A stretch of DNA of 64,000 bases from an uncultured Gemmatimonadota bacterium (GCA_964490075.1 CAZBBK010000004.1:1-64000), one strand, 5' to 3'; counted from the first letter of the stretch, positions 50,516 through 60,295 are shown. Program-made: numbers and translations. The notes: generated by a model not told the origin, from the letters alone.

Positions 50516-51405
50516 GCCGAGATCGGGCGGAGCGGAAGGGCTTCGTGTTCATCGGCGCCGGCGCCGTGGGAACCGCGATGGCGGTGCTGCTCCGCGATGA
50601 GGGCATGACCATCCGCGCGGTGGCGAGTCGCCGCGAGCTCTCGGCCCGGCGCGCGGCAGCCATCCTCGGCGGCGCGCAGGTCGTGGAAGACCCGATCGAG
50701 GCTGCCCGGCTGGGCCGCAACGTCTTCATCACCACGCCCGACGAGACGATCGCCGAGCTCGCCGAGCGCCTCGCGAAAGCCAAGGCGGTGGGCCCGGGGT
50801 GTCGGGTCGTGCACATGAGCGGCGCGTTCGGGCTCGAGCCTCTGGAACCGCTCAAGGCAACGGGGGCGCTGATCGGGGCGTTTCATCCCCTGCAGGTCTT
50901 CGCATCGTGGGAGCGCGGCCGTGAGCTGATCCCGGGCTCGACGATCGGGATCGAGGCTCCGGACGAAGAGACCCGCACTTACCTCTTCGGCCTCGCCGCG
51001 CGCGTCGGAGCAAGGCCGATGGCGATTCCCACCAACGCCAGGGCGCTCTACCACGCGGGAGCGGTGTGCGCATCCAACTACCTGGTCGCGGTCATGTCGA
51101 CCGCCGTGGAGCTATTGAGCGCAGCCGGGCTCGATTCGGACAAGGCGTTGGACATGCTCTTGCCCCTGGCGCGAGGCGCCATGGAGTCGATCACGACGGA
51201 GGGCGACGCGGTCCGGGCGCTCACTGGGCCGATCGTGCGCGGGGAGGTCGAAGTCGTCCGCTCGCACATCAACGCCATCAGCGCGGCGGTGCCGGAGGCG
51301 ATTCCCTTGTACAATGAGCTGGGGCGGAGAGCTTTGGCGCTCGCGAGACGCCGCAGAGAGCTCCGTCGCGACCGCGAGGCGGAACTCGAGGAGCTGCTGA
51401 GTTGA
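50512..51405 (+). CDS. Rossmann-like/DUF2520 protein (PanG-like oxidoreductase)
   Basis: IGAGAVG, HMSGA, FHPLQVF, YHAGAVCASN and LTGPIVRG. Confidence 0.9.
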   Translation: MSRDRAERKGFVFIGAGAVGTAMAVLLRDEGMTIRAVASRRELSARRAAAILGGAQVVEDPIEAARLGRNVFITTPDETIAELAERLAKAKAVGPGCRVVHMSGAFGLEPLEPLKATGALIGAFHPLQVFASWERGRELIPGSTIGIEAPDEETRTYLFGLAARVGARPMAIPTNARALYHAGAVCASNYLVAVMSTAVELLSAAGLDSDKALDMLLPLARGAMESITTEGDAVRALTGPIVRGEVEVVRSHINAISAAVPEAIPLYNELGRRALALARRRRELRRDREAELEELLS

Positions 51406-54400
51406 CCGGCACGCAACGCAAGACCGCGCCCTACACCTTGGCCGCCACGCTGGCTGCCCTCGGAATCGGCACACTCGCCCCTCGAGCAGCCCGAGCACAG
51501 GAAGCGACTTCCGCAGACAGCGTCGCCGCGAGCTGGCGACCGGAAATCGAGAGCGAAGGCGCGCGGACGCTCTCGGAGCTCTCCGATGCGCTCCGTGCGC
51601 TGCGCACGGGACAGGCGGATGCCGGGGGAGAGAGGTCGCACGAAGCGCTGCCCGATGAGCTCGATCTGCGCGCCGAGCTGCAGGCATCAGCCGGCGACGT
51701 CGACGGCGCCATCGAAACTCAGCTGCGGGCCATCGAGTTGCTCGGCGAATCGATCGACCGCCTCCTGACCCTCGGGCGTCTCGAGGCCACGCGCGGCAAC
51801 CACAAGCTCGCGGCCGACTACTTCATGCGCGCTTGCACGCAACGCGGGGACACCGGTGATGGAGCCGCGGTGGAGCAGAGCTTGCGGCCCTTCGATGTGG
51901 ACCGAGCCAGGCGCCTGGTCGCCAAGGTCCGGGAAAGCGATCCCGACGATCCTGCCTTGCGCGCCCTGCAGATCGAGGTCTTGCTGCGCGCCGCTCTGCC
52001 GTGGGAGGCGGCGGCGGTGGCTAGCTCCGGTGTGCATCCAGACGCCGCTCCGGAGCGCCACCTCGATCTCGCTCTGACCTGGAGGGCCACCGGCCGAGCC
52101 GATTCTTGTCGCTTCGCGCTGCTTCCGGTCGCGGGGCTTCCCGAGACCGATCTGATGCTCGCGCTGCTGGAGCTCGATGCCGGTCGGGCTCCGGAATCGA
52201 CCGACTTCGACCTCTCCAAACGCGTCGACTGGGCACCTCCGGCCGCCTGGGAGGCGGTGCCGCTGTACCTGGCATCGCTGGATGCGGCACCCCGGCGCCT
52301 ACTCCACGATCATCAACAGTTCGCCGAGAAGTGGCCCGACGACCCCGGAGGGCGGGTCGGTGTCGCGCTGGCGCTCATCTGCGCCGATCTGGGCAACAGC
52401 CTGACGAACGAGGTCATCGGCGGCATGGGACCCTACGGGGATCTCGTGCGGGCGGTCGAGGCGCTGCACTGGCGTGCCTACAAGACCGCGTGGCGCGAGC
52501 TGTCGCGGTGGGTGAACGCCAAGAGAAGCGTCTCCCCGGGGCAGGGCCGCACCGAGCAGCTGAGCCCCTTCTTGAATCCCACCTTGCTGGCGCGCTTTTT
52601 GGCGCGGCGCTTCGCCGCCGACCTGGAAGCGCTGAGAATCCTCGCGCGAGGATTCGAGGATGCCGGCGAGTGGGCGGCCGAGGACATCTTCCTCCGGGGG
52701 CTCGACTTCACGCGCCGATCCCTGGAGCGCAGGGCCAGGGCCCGATGGCACCTGAGAAGATTCGAAAGCGGTGCGGCGCTGGACGTGCTGGGGGCGTCGC
52801 CACGGCTCCTGGCCCGGGACGCCGCCTCGCTTCGCGGCCGCGCCTGGCTTCAGCTGGGAGATCCCGAGCGTGCTCTGGATGCACTGGAACGGCCGGGCGC
52901 GGAGCTGGATCCGCTGTCGACCCGGGTTCGACTGCGGGCCATGACGGCCCTGGGAATGAACGAAGAGGCGCAGCGCGCCGCAGCAAAGCTGGGACTGTGC
53001 CGCGACAACGCGGCGCTCGAGGCCGGATTGGCCTGCGCGGAGCTCATCGACGAGCGAGGCGAACAGACCCGGGCGGTGCAGTTCGCGCGGCAGCTGGTGG
53101 CGCGTCAGCCCGATGCAGCCGAGCCGCTGCTCTTCTTGAGTCGTCTCGAGCGCAAGGCGGCCTCGCCGAGGCGAGCCTTGCTGGCCGCGGATCGTGCCCT
53201 CGCGATCGCCCCGCAGAGCACCAGAGTACACTTTGCTCGGGGAAGGGCCCTGGAGCAGCTGAGCCCGCAGCCCCGAGAACCCTCTGGGCCGCTCCAGGCG
53301 CACGAACGGGAGGCTCTGGCTGCATTCCGTGCCGCCTGCGAGCTGGCTCCAGATTTCAAAGAGGCGCGTCTAGCGCTAGCCCGCCGGCTCGGCCCGGCTC
53401 GACCCCATGAGGTCAGTCTATTGCTCTATGGCATCGCCGAGACCGGAACGTCGGAGGACCTGATGCTCAGGGGGCAGGCGGAGGCCGCGCTGGGGCACGA
53501 TGAATCCGCCCTCGCCGTCTACGCGATCGTCGAAGCGCGCGGTGAGCTGACCGAGGAGGCGCGACGGAGCTACGCGGAGCTGCTGCGACAGACCGGAGAG
53601 AAGTACGACGCGATCAGGGTCATCACGCCGCTGCTGCAAGACAAGGAAGAGTGGCAGGCCCGGCAAACCGCGGCTGCCGATCTGCTGGCGCTCGGAAGAA
53701 CCGACCAGGCGCTGGTGCTCCTGGAAGAGGCGATCGAAGCGGCGCCGGATCGATTCGCGCTGCGTGAGGACTACGTCGAGGCGCTGAGCTCCGCCGGCAA
53801 TACACGGGCCGCCCTGCGCGCGGCGCTCGCTCTCGGAGAGGCATTCCCGGATTCTGCGCACGCGTGGGTGCTTTGCCTGAAAGTCGCGGAGGCGGCCGAC
53901 GATCGCGAGATGATCGTAACCGCGGCCAAGGAGCTGGTGCAGCTGTCTCCGGGAAGTCCGGATCGCGCCTACTGGGAGGGCTGGATTCGGGTCTCGCGAG
54001 GCGAGCTGCTCGCGGCTCGCAGGGAGCTGGGCAACGCCAAGCGAAACGGTGTACCGAAGAGACGCCTCGGGCGCCTGGCAACAGCGATCGAGGATCGTGC
54101 GGAAGCCGCCGGTGTGGGCGGAGACCGAAGCACGCGCACGGCGCGGGGATTCCTGGCCCAAGCCGACACGGTGGGCGCACTGGTGGTGCTGGAATCGGCC
54201 CTGGCAGCCAAGCCGGGAGACGAGGCCACCAGGATCTTGCTGGGAGAGATCCACGCCAACCGCAAGGACGGAGCGCTGGCGCTAGCGGCGATCGCGCCCT
54301 TGATCGAGGAGTCGGTCATCGACGTCGATCCGCGCGCCCTCAGAGTCGCCGGTCTGGCTCACAATCTGCTCGGGAACTTGGTCGAGGCCGAAATCGCTTT

Positions 54401-54584
54401 CGAGCTGGCGATCGCCAGAGGCATCATCGATCCTGAGGTGCACTTTCGCCTGGCGCTGCTGCGGGTGATGCGCGGCGATATGGGCGCCGCCGCGGAGGAT
54501 CTGGGCGGCTTCGTGGACGAGTCTCCCGAAAGCCCCTATGCCGACCAGGCGCTCGACCTGTACCTGCGCTTGGGCGGGGAGTAG
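51402..54584 (+). CDS. Large exported TPR-repeat protein
   Basis: Signal peptide ending ARA-Q and numerous TPR-like units. TTGA coupling. Confidence 0.8.
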   Translation: MTGTQRKTAPYTLAATLAALGIGTLAPRAARAQEATSADSVAASWRPEIESEGARTLSELSDALRALRTGQADAGGERSHEALPDELDLRAELQASAGDVDGAIETQLRAIELLGESIDRLLTLGRLEATRGNHKLAADYFMRACTQRGDTGDGAAVEQSLRPFDVDRARRLVAKVRESDPDDPALRALQIEVLLRAALPWEAAAVASSGVHPDAAPERHLDLALTWRATGRADSCRFALLPVAGLPETDLMLALLELDAGRAPESTDFDLSKRVDWAPPAAWEAVPLYLASLDAAPRRLLHDHQQFAEKWPDDPGGRVGVALALICADLGNSLTNEVIGGMGPYGDLVRAVEALHWRAYKTAWRELSRWVNAKRSVSPGQGRTEQLSPFLNPTLLARFLARRFAADLEALRILARGFEDAGEWAAEDIFLRGLDFTRRSLERRARARWHLRRFESGAALDVLGASPRLLARDAASLRGRAWLQLGDPERALDALERPGAELDPLSTRVRLRAMTALGMNEEAQRAAAKLGLCRDNAALEAGLACAELIDERGEQTRAVQFARQLVARQPDAAEPLLFLSRLERKAASPRRALLAADRALAIAPQSTRVHFARGRALEQLSPQPREPSGPLQAHEREALAAFRAACELAPDFKEARLALARRLGPARPHEVSLLLYGIAETGTSEDLMLRGQAEAALGHDESALAVYAIVEARGELTEEARRSYAELLRQTGEKYDAIRVITPLLQDKEEWQARQTAAADLLALGRTDQALVLLEEAIEAAPDRFALREDYVEALSSAGNTRAALRAALALGEAFPDSAHAWVLCLKVAEAADDREMIVTAAKELVQLSPGSPDRAYWEGWIRVSRGELLAARRELGNAKRNGVPKRRLGRLATAIEDRAEAAGVGGDRSTRTARGFLAQADTVGALVVLESALAAKPGDEATRILLGEIHANRKDGALALAAIAPLIEESVIDVDPRALRVAGLAHNLLGNLVEAEIAFELAIARGIIDPEVHFRLALLRVMRGDMGAAAEDLGGFVDESPESPYADQALDLYLRLGGE

Positions 54585-54604
54585 TCGGCGGAAAGGACGG
54601 CAGG

Positions 54605-55021
54605 CTACCGGGACTCAGGCCCGTAGTAATCGGCGAAGTTCCTGGCTGTTTCGTACACTCTCACGCGATGCAACAGCGCCGGGCCTACGCGATTCTGGAG
54701 ACGGCGCCATATGGCCACCGTCAGGTTCTCAGCGGTCGACACCTTCCCGTCCAAGAGCCCCGTGTCGATATCGAGATGACGATGGTCGACCTGGTCCAAC
54801 ACCTCTTCTTGCATCACTTGTTTGAGGTCTCTCAAGTTGATGACCATTCCGGTCGCCGGGTCGCCTTCGCCCTTCACCGTCACCTCCAGCACATAATTGT
54901 GGCCGTGGCCGCTGGGATGAGAGCAGGGGCCGAAGAGATCGTGGTTCTCTTCGTCGCTCAACTCTGGACAGAAGAGCCGATGCGCGGCGGAGAACTCCGC
55001 TCGCCGAGTCACGTATAGCAT
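54605..55021 (-). CDS. queD: 6-carboxytetrahydropterin synthase (PTPS family)
   Basis: FSAAHRL, HGHNY, GMVIN, DHRHL, STAEN and VYET. Confidence 0.92.
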   Translation of the reverse strand: MLYVTRRAEFSAAHRLFCPELSDEENHDLFGPCSHPSGHGHNYVLEVTVKGEGDPATGMVINLRDLKQVMQEEVLDQVDHRHLDIDTGLLDGKVSTAENLTVAIWRRLQNRVGPALLHRVRVYETARNFADYYGPESR

Positions 55022-55037
55022 GGGGGAGCGCCGTCTC

Positions 55038-56309
55038 CTATCCCGCGGCGCTGCGTCGCCGGCTGGCCCTGCTCGGCGCTACTCGAACCGAGACGCGCGC
55101 GGGCACCGAGCGATCCTGCGACTTCTCCACCGCCAGCATCACTTCTCCGGTGCCTCTCTTGAAGGCCACGCGCATTCTACCTTCCGGCTCGAGGCCGAGC
55201 ACCAATCCGCTCCCGAACATCGGATGGTAGATGCGATCCCCCTCGACGTAGCTCATCGCCGGATCATAACGCTTCACTCTCAGCGGGGATTCTGAGCCGC
55301 CGATCGCGGGGTCGTCCTCGCTGAGATCGAGGATCCTGGCATCGAGACGCCTCAGTTCCTCCTTGTAGCTCTCTTTCTCGGCCACCAGGCGTTGGATGTC
55401 TTCGCGCCACGGCCATTTCTTCTCCCTGGGCAGGGCTCGATTGATCGACTTCAGCTTGTGGCTGTAGATCGTGATGTAGTGCTCCCAGCGCAGGATCTCC
55501 TCTCGGGCGGCGTCGGCATTCGCGTCGCGCAGGTGCAGCTTGACTCTCTGCTTCTGTCGTTTTACCAGGCGGGTCACAACCAGCTTGAGTGTTGCGCCGA
55601 AGCCACCATGAAGTCGTTTGGACAAGTTGATCAACGATCGATCGATCGTCTGAGGTCGCAAATCGCCGGCGTCGAAGTAGACCGCGATCTTCTCGACCAG
55701 CGCATCCGAATCGAGATCCAAGGTCCTGGCTCGGGCCCGAGTCTGGAAGACGCCATCCCAGCGATCCGCATTGAGCTTCCTCAGCAGGTCGTCGTCCCGG
55801 TATCCCCTCTCTCTGAGCTGTTCCAGTAGAAGCAGGAGCTTCGCGCACGGGAAGCTCTCGATCTGTCCGTTGAAATAGGCCTTGAACGTTCTGGGGTTTG
55901 TCCCGAGAGCGCGCGCGGCCCTGCTGCGACTCCGGAAGCTCTCCCCGTGCAGATCGAGCAGCATTCGAATCGATGCGTCGATCTTGCACATCACGTGGTC
56001 GGTCTGTCGAAGATCCGAAGGGCGTGCCCGGGCGGCCAACTCCTTGAGCGACGCTCCTTCCAGTCGGCGCCGGATCTCCTCTTCGGGGTACCGAAGGCGA
56101 ACGACTTCCGCCATGCGGCGGAAGACATAGAGCGCCATGTTCGAGTTCCCCGCCACGTACTTTGCCAGCGTGTCCTTCGATACTCTGATAAATGAAGCTG
56201 CCCGTTCGTAGTTCGGGAAGAGGGCGAGATAGAGGTCGATCATCCCCCGTACTTGTCGATCGATCTCGACGACCTGTCGAGCCTCATCGCAGATCTTGCT
56301 GACGGCCAT
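55038..56309 (-). CDS. Hypothetical protein with tandem HTH-like repeats and a C-terminal PcrA/UvrD-type Tudor-like domain
   Basis: Two alignable ~75-aa units and the C-terminal GDRIYHPMFGSGLV...MRVAF. GGAG RBS. Confidence 0.7.
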   Translation of the reverse strand: MAVSKICDEARQVVEIDRQVRGMIDLYLALFPNYERAASFIRVSKDTLAKYVAGNSNMALYVFRRMAEVVRLRYPEEEIRRRLEGASLKELAARARPSDLRQTDHVMCKIDASIRMLLDLHGESFRSRSRAARALGTNPRTFKAYFNGQIESFPCAKLLLLLEQLRERGYRDDDLLRKLNADRWDGVFQTRARARTLDLDSDALVEKIAVYFDAGDLRPQTIDRSLINLSKRLHGGFGATLKLVVTRLVKRQKQRVKLHLRDANADAAREEILRWEHYITIYSHKLKSINRALPREKKWPWREDIQRLVAEKESYKEELRRLDARILDLSEDDPAIGGSESPLRVKRYDPAMSYVEGDRIYHPMFGSGLVLGLEPEGRMRVAFKRGTGEVMLAVEKSQDRSVPARVSVRVAPSRASRRRSAAG

Positions 56310-56422
56310 GCCGCACTCCATCGAGGTCCGCCGCGCCGGCATTGTGTTGACTGATACTCTCAACACTAGTCAGCGGAATCGCGCGAATCAACCCAAAGGC
56401 TGAAAAAGCTGAAGCGCGAGGA

Positions 56423-56590
56423 CTAGATGTCCTTATCGGCGCCGAGGGATGCGGTGACCGGGACGATCATGCCGGCATGGCGGCGGCGGAAGCGCGCCGC
56501 GCACTGCGAGATGAAGTCGTCATAGGAGCGGGCGTAGAGCCGGCACCAACGCTTCATGACTCGGGCCTGGTACTGGAGATAGGCCTCCAT
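56423..56590 (-). CDS. Small hypothetical protein, 55 aa
   Basis: GAGGGAG RBS 6 nt before ATG. Translation MEAYLQYQARVMKRWCRLYARSYDDFISQCAARFRRRHAGMIVPVTASLGADKDI*, with high GC3. Confidence 0.6.
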   Translation of the reverse strand: MEAYLQYQARVMKRWCRLYARSYDDFISQCAARFRRRHAGMIVPVTASLGADKDI

Positions 56591-56620
56591 GATCGACTCC
56601 CTCGGACTCGGGTTGAGAAC

Positions 56621-56828
56621 GGGGCTCTTCAGTCCGCCGAAGTGACTTGCAAGAAATGTGCCCTACGGGCGGGAGCTGCTCCGACTGCCCGCTGGCGCGC
56701 AGGCTCTCCCCGATCGCTCCCCCGAACAGCGAGGATCTCGATCGTATCTCGTTGCAGACAAAACGGTTATGACCCGAAGCGAGGCATAGCTCCGGCGCGC
56801 TCCCCCTCGGGCCGCGTCCTGGAGCCCC
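56621..56828. ncRNA. Candidate structured RNA (~208 nt)
   Basis: Complementary ends GGGGCTC..CAG / CTG.GAGCCCC and several internal stems in an intergenic region. Family not recognised. Confidence 0.3.
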
Positions 56829-56994
56829 CGGAAACACACAATCGGGCATCGAGGCAGCCCGACCGACAGTGTGCAAAACGCGCCAGCTGTACTCATTCTT
56901 GACACCCTCCCGCGGTGCCCGCGCCCGTCTCTACCGATTCCTGCCCCGGTGCCGGTCGCGCCACCGGGGCGTACGAGCGTGACCCGAGAGGGCC

Positions 56995-57022
56995 GCACGA
57001 CCGCCCTTGCGAGCGGTCGTGC
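56995..57022. terminator. Hairpin just downstream of the histone-like gene
   Basis: Perfect 10-bp stem GCACGACCGC/GCGGTCGTGC 9 nt after the stop. No U tract. Confidence 0.5.
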
Positions 57023-57030
57023 GTGCTCCC

Positions 57031-57588
57031 TTACTTCTTCTTGAGCTGCATCGAAAGCACGATCGGCTTGGCAACATCCTTCTGGAGTGCGGCCACCGCG
57101 ACCTTCAGTGCATTCACCGCCGCGACGACCTGGGCCAGGTCTGCGGTCTTCCCGAGAGCCCGGGGCTTGCGTACGGCGCGCTTGGCGACCTTCTTCGGAG
57201 CCGCCTTCTTGACGGCCTTCTTCACCGTCTTCTTGGCGGCCTTCTTGACGGCCTTCTTCACCGTCTTCTTGGCCGCCTTCTTCGGAGCGGCCTTTTTCGG
57301 TGTGGCCTTCTTGGCAGCAGCGGCCTTGGGGCGGCCGGGCTTGCGGCGCACAGGGCCGGCAGCCTTCGGGCGCGGCGTCACCTTCTTGCCGACCTTCTTC
57401 AGCCCCGCCTCACGCATGCCCTGAAAGACCTTCACGCAGGATTCGGCGAAGACAGTCCGCTTCCCCATCTTCTGGGTCTTGAACTTGGCGGGATCGCTCT
57501 TTACGTACTTATGAAGCTGCGCTCGATTGATCCCAGTCAAGCGAGACATCTCGGACAAGTTGTACCAAGCATCCTTGGCAGCAGCCAT
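57031..57588 (-). CDS. Putative nucleoid-associated protein: HTH + AT-hook-like motif + histone H1-like Lys/Ala repeats + coiled coil
   Basis: AGGAGG RBS. YNLSEMSRLTGINRAQLHKYV HTH, RRKPGRPK, KKAAPKK/KKTVKK repeats and heptad LAQVVAAVNALKVAVAALQKDV. Confidence 0.85.
   Translation of the reverse strand: MAAAKDAWYNLSEMSRLTGINRAQLHKYVKSDPAKFKTQKMGKRTVFAESCVKVFQGMREAGLKKVGKKVTPRPKAAGPVRRKPGRPKAAAAKKATPKKAAPKKAAKKTVKKAVKKAAKKTVKKAVKKAAPKKVAKRAVRKPRALGKTADLAQVVAAVNALKVAVAALQKDVAKPIVLSMQLKKK
57203..57274. repeat. 36-bp tandem duplication within the histone-like tail
   Basis: GCCTTCTTGACGGCCTTCTTCACCGTCTTCTTGGC occurs twice with a period of 36. Confidence 0.9.
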
Positions 57589-58121
57589 TGTGGATTCCTC
57601 CTGAGTTCTAGGCGGATATAGGTCCGCCCGATATTCGTGGCGAAACGCTCTGGCGACACCTCTTCGAACGCGACCTTCTTTCGCGCCGATCCAGTGGTTC
57701 CAACGCAGAACGAGCACCGTTCCGTGGGTCGCTCATCGATCCGCGCGCTTTTCGGGACTTGCGGCTGATGAGATCTACCACTTCCGGGCTCGAGTCGCTG
57801 GCTGATCGAGTCGAAATCCGGCCTCGCAGTGAAACGACGTCGCGTGGCGCTTCCTGTTCAGACACTTCCGCACGGCACCTCCGATCTTCCGGAATCGCGA
57901 TCCAGGCAACGATTCGTACCCCGTCGCCGGGAAGACCAAATCGGATGATTGGAGACCTTTGCAGCGAGCTCGAATCGCCTCCGATACGCCACGATCGGCT
58001 GATCGAGCTCGGTTGACCATCTACTCGTGACCGTGACGCGAGTAACATTGGCGGGCAACATATGACAATTTCACATCGGCGTCTACCCTTATCGTTGCCA
58101 GAATTTGATTATCATACTGCT

Positions 58122-58718
58122 ATGAAACTCACAGCAGAAACCAGAGGGCCGAACCGCAACGCGTGCATCAGAGCCTGGCGCCATGTCCTACTGCTGTGCG
58201 TCGGCGCGATCGTGTGGACCGCCTGTGGCGACAGCGAAGAGAAGCGTTTCAGCTGTGATGCCGGGCTATGGCACGTGGTGCAGACCCGTCAGCTCTGTCT
58301 GCAGGCGGAGGAGGTCATCGTCGATGAGTGCCGCGAGCTCGACGATCCCGTCGCCGCGGTCGAGGAATTCGCGGCACCGGAGGGCTTCCCGGAGGAATGT
58401 GCTCCGCTTGCAGCTGACGGAATACTGACCGTGGACTGTCGGATCGAAGCCGATCTGGACAGCTTGGCGGCGTCGATCGATCCGGAATTGGCGGAGCAGT
58501 ATCTGGGAGATACGGATCTAACCGGCTGCACTGGTGTCTTTTCGCTGACCGGAGATGGTACCTATTCAGAGACCGCGTTTGAATATCACGCCCTCACATG
58601 GATGAGGTGCAAGGGCAACTGCTCGGCCGACGCTTTCGAGATCTGCCTACTCTTGCAGCTCACGGTGGGCAGTCAGATTTGCCCGTCGCGTCACGTGTTG
58701 ACGGGTGAATTGCACTAG
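58122..58718 (+). CDS. Cysteine-rich lipoprotein
   Basis: Lipobox-like WTAC-GD after a hydrophobic stretch, with 10 further Cys in the mature part. Confidence 0.65.
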   Translation: MKLTAETRGPNRNACIRAWRHVLLLCVGAIVWTACGDSEEKRFSCDAGLWHVVQTRQLCLQAEEVIVDECRELDDPVAAVEEFAAPEGFPEECAPLAADGILTVDCRIEADLDSLAASIDPELAEQYLGDTDLTGCTGVFSLTGDGTYSETAFEYHALTWMRCKGNCSADAFEICLLLQLTVGSQICPSRHVLTGELH

Positions 58719-58732
58719 CCAATTGCGCCCGG

Positions 58733-60295
58733 TCAGTAGGCCCCGCGGGCGAAGAGCACCGCAGGAATCGTCGCCATCAGGATCTCGATGTCAAAGAGCA
58801 GCGAGCGATTCTCGAGGTAGTACAGATCGAGCAGGACCATCTCCTCGAAGCCGATCGCACTGCGTCCCGAGATCTGCCACAGCCCCGTCATGCCCTGTCT
58901 TCCACGCAAGCGGTGGCGCTGCCAATCCTCGTACCCGGCTACCTCGCCGGGCAAAGCGGGTCGTGGCCCGACCAAGCTCATTTCACCGCTCAACACATTC
59001 AGTAGCTGCGGGAGCTCATCCAGCGAGGTCTTGCGCAGGATCCTCCCCACCCGTGTCACGCGAGGATCTCTGCGTATCTTGAAGATCAGCCCGCCGGCTT
59101 CGTTGCTCGCTTCCAAAGAATCCCGCAGGTGCTCGGCCTCGGCAACCATGGTCCGGAACTTGAACATGTCGAAGCCTCGGCCGGCGGCGGTGACTCTGGC
59201 CTGACGAAACAGTGCCGGCCCTCTCGAGTCGAGTCGAATCGCCAAGGCAATGAGAGCGGCGATCGGGCTGACCAGCATCAACAGAAACAACGAACCCAGA
59301 AAATCCCCTCCCCGCTTGAGGAGATCGTGCATCCACTCCCTGGCGCCCGGCGGGTCCACGACCAGCGAGACTCCCGTGAGGTCGTGAACCCGAGTTCGCT
59401 CCAAGAGACGGTCGGTGTGATCTGAAAGATAGCGCAGGTTCAATCCCGCCGACCGACATCGATCGACCAGCTCTACGTGCCTTGGGTCGTTCGCGTTCCA
59501 TTCCAGAGTGAACACCAAATCGAGCTGATGATCGACGGCGATCTCGGCCAAATCGCGAGTGGTTCCCAGAGAGGTCGGGGCTTCGTCACTCGGGATCCGG
59601 GTCCTGAATGGATCCTCGTCGGCGATGATCCCGACGATCTCGTAGCCGAGCTCCGGAGCTCTGGCGAATCGACGGAACACCTGCGACGCGGTCTGCTCCG
59701 TCCCGAGGACCGCCGCGCGCCGAACTCCGATCCCCTTCTTGCTGAGCAGCACATGGAGGCGGTGCATGCCGATTCGACCGAGAAAAAGCGCGAAGGGCAC
59801 GAGCGCCGTGATTGTCAGTACCAGGAGTCTGTTGCCGTCGACCAGGCGCAGCGAGAGGAGCACGCTCGCGGTCAGCAGCGAGTAGATGAAGACGCAGCGA
59901 GCCACAGTCTCGACTTGACGCTGAAACGAGAGCCTGGTCACCACGCGATAACCGCCCAGGTAGACCATGCAGAGGAAGAGCGTGACCAACGATCCGAACA
60001 TGCCGAGCTGCACGGGACGAGGCAACGCCCACGGAGGTGTTGCGGTCTGAAAGCGCAGGTCGTAAGCCGCCAACAGAGCGATCGATACCGAGAGCATGTC
60101 GACGACGATCACGAGCGGCACCCACAGATCCGCCAGGCGGCTCCATTGGCGCCGTCCGAGGTGTTCCGTGAGAACCCGAGCTCCCTCCCGCGGTTGGGCA
60201 TCGGGGGCGGCGGGGGACTGGATGAATGCTACCTTTGTCTGAAGTAGTCGATGGTCGCGCGCAATCCGTCCTCGAGCTCCACTTTGGGCTCCCAA
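58733..60295 (-). CDS. Polyprenyl glycosylphosphotransferase (WcaJ/WbaP-like priming sugar transferase); start uncertain
   Basis: [55 protein letters not shown] and N-terminal TMs. Confidence 0.93.
   Translation of the reverse strand: MGAQSGARGRIARDHRLLQTKVAFIQSPAAPDAQPREGARVLTEHLGRRQWSRLADLWVPLVIVVDMLSVSIALLAAYDLRFQTATPPWALPRPVQLGMFGSLVTLFLCMVYLGGYRVVTRLSFQRQVETVARCVFIYSLLTASVLLSLRLVDGNRLLVLTITALVPFALFLGRIGMHRLHVLLSKKGIGVRRAAVLGTEQTASQVFRRFARAPELGYEIVGIIADEDPFRTRIPSDEAPTSLGTTRDLAEIAVDHQLDLVFTLEWNANDPRHVELVDRCRSAGLNLRYLSDHTDRLLERTRVHDLTGVSLVVDPPGAREWMHDLLKRGGDFLGSLFLLMLVSPIAALIALAIRLDSRGPALFRQARVTAAGRGFDMFKFRTMVAEAEHLRDSLEASNEAGGLIFKIRRDPRVTRVGRILRKTSLDELPQLLNVLSGEMSLVGPRPALPGEVAGYEDWQRHRLRGRQGMTGLWQISGRSAIGFEEMVLLDLYYLENRSLLFDIEILMATIPAVLFARGAY

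Noticed and set aside
56621-56828. Identification as SRP RNA, tmRNA or RNase P RNA
   Set aside because: It lacks the SRP helix-8 motif, the tmRNA T-loop and CCA end, and the RNase P GAGGAAAGUCC motif.
56872-56886. TGGCGC...TTGCA as a sigma-54 promoter
   Set aside because: The GG-to-GC spacing is 8 nt instead of the required 10.
57181-57320. Repeats as a CRISPR array
   Set aside because: They are in-frame coding repeats without unique spacers, and no cas genes are in the window.
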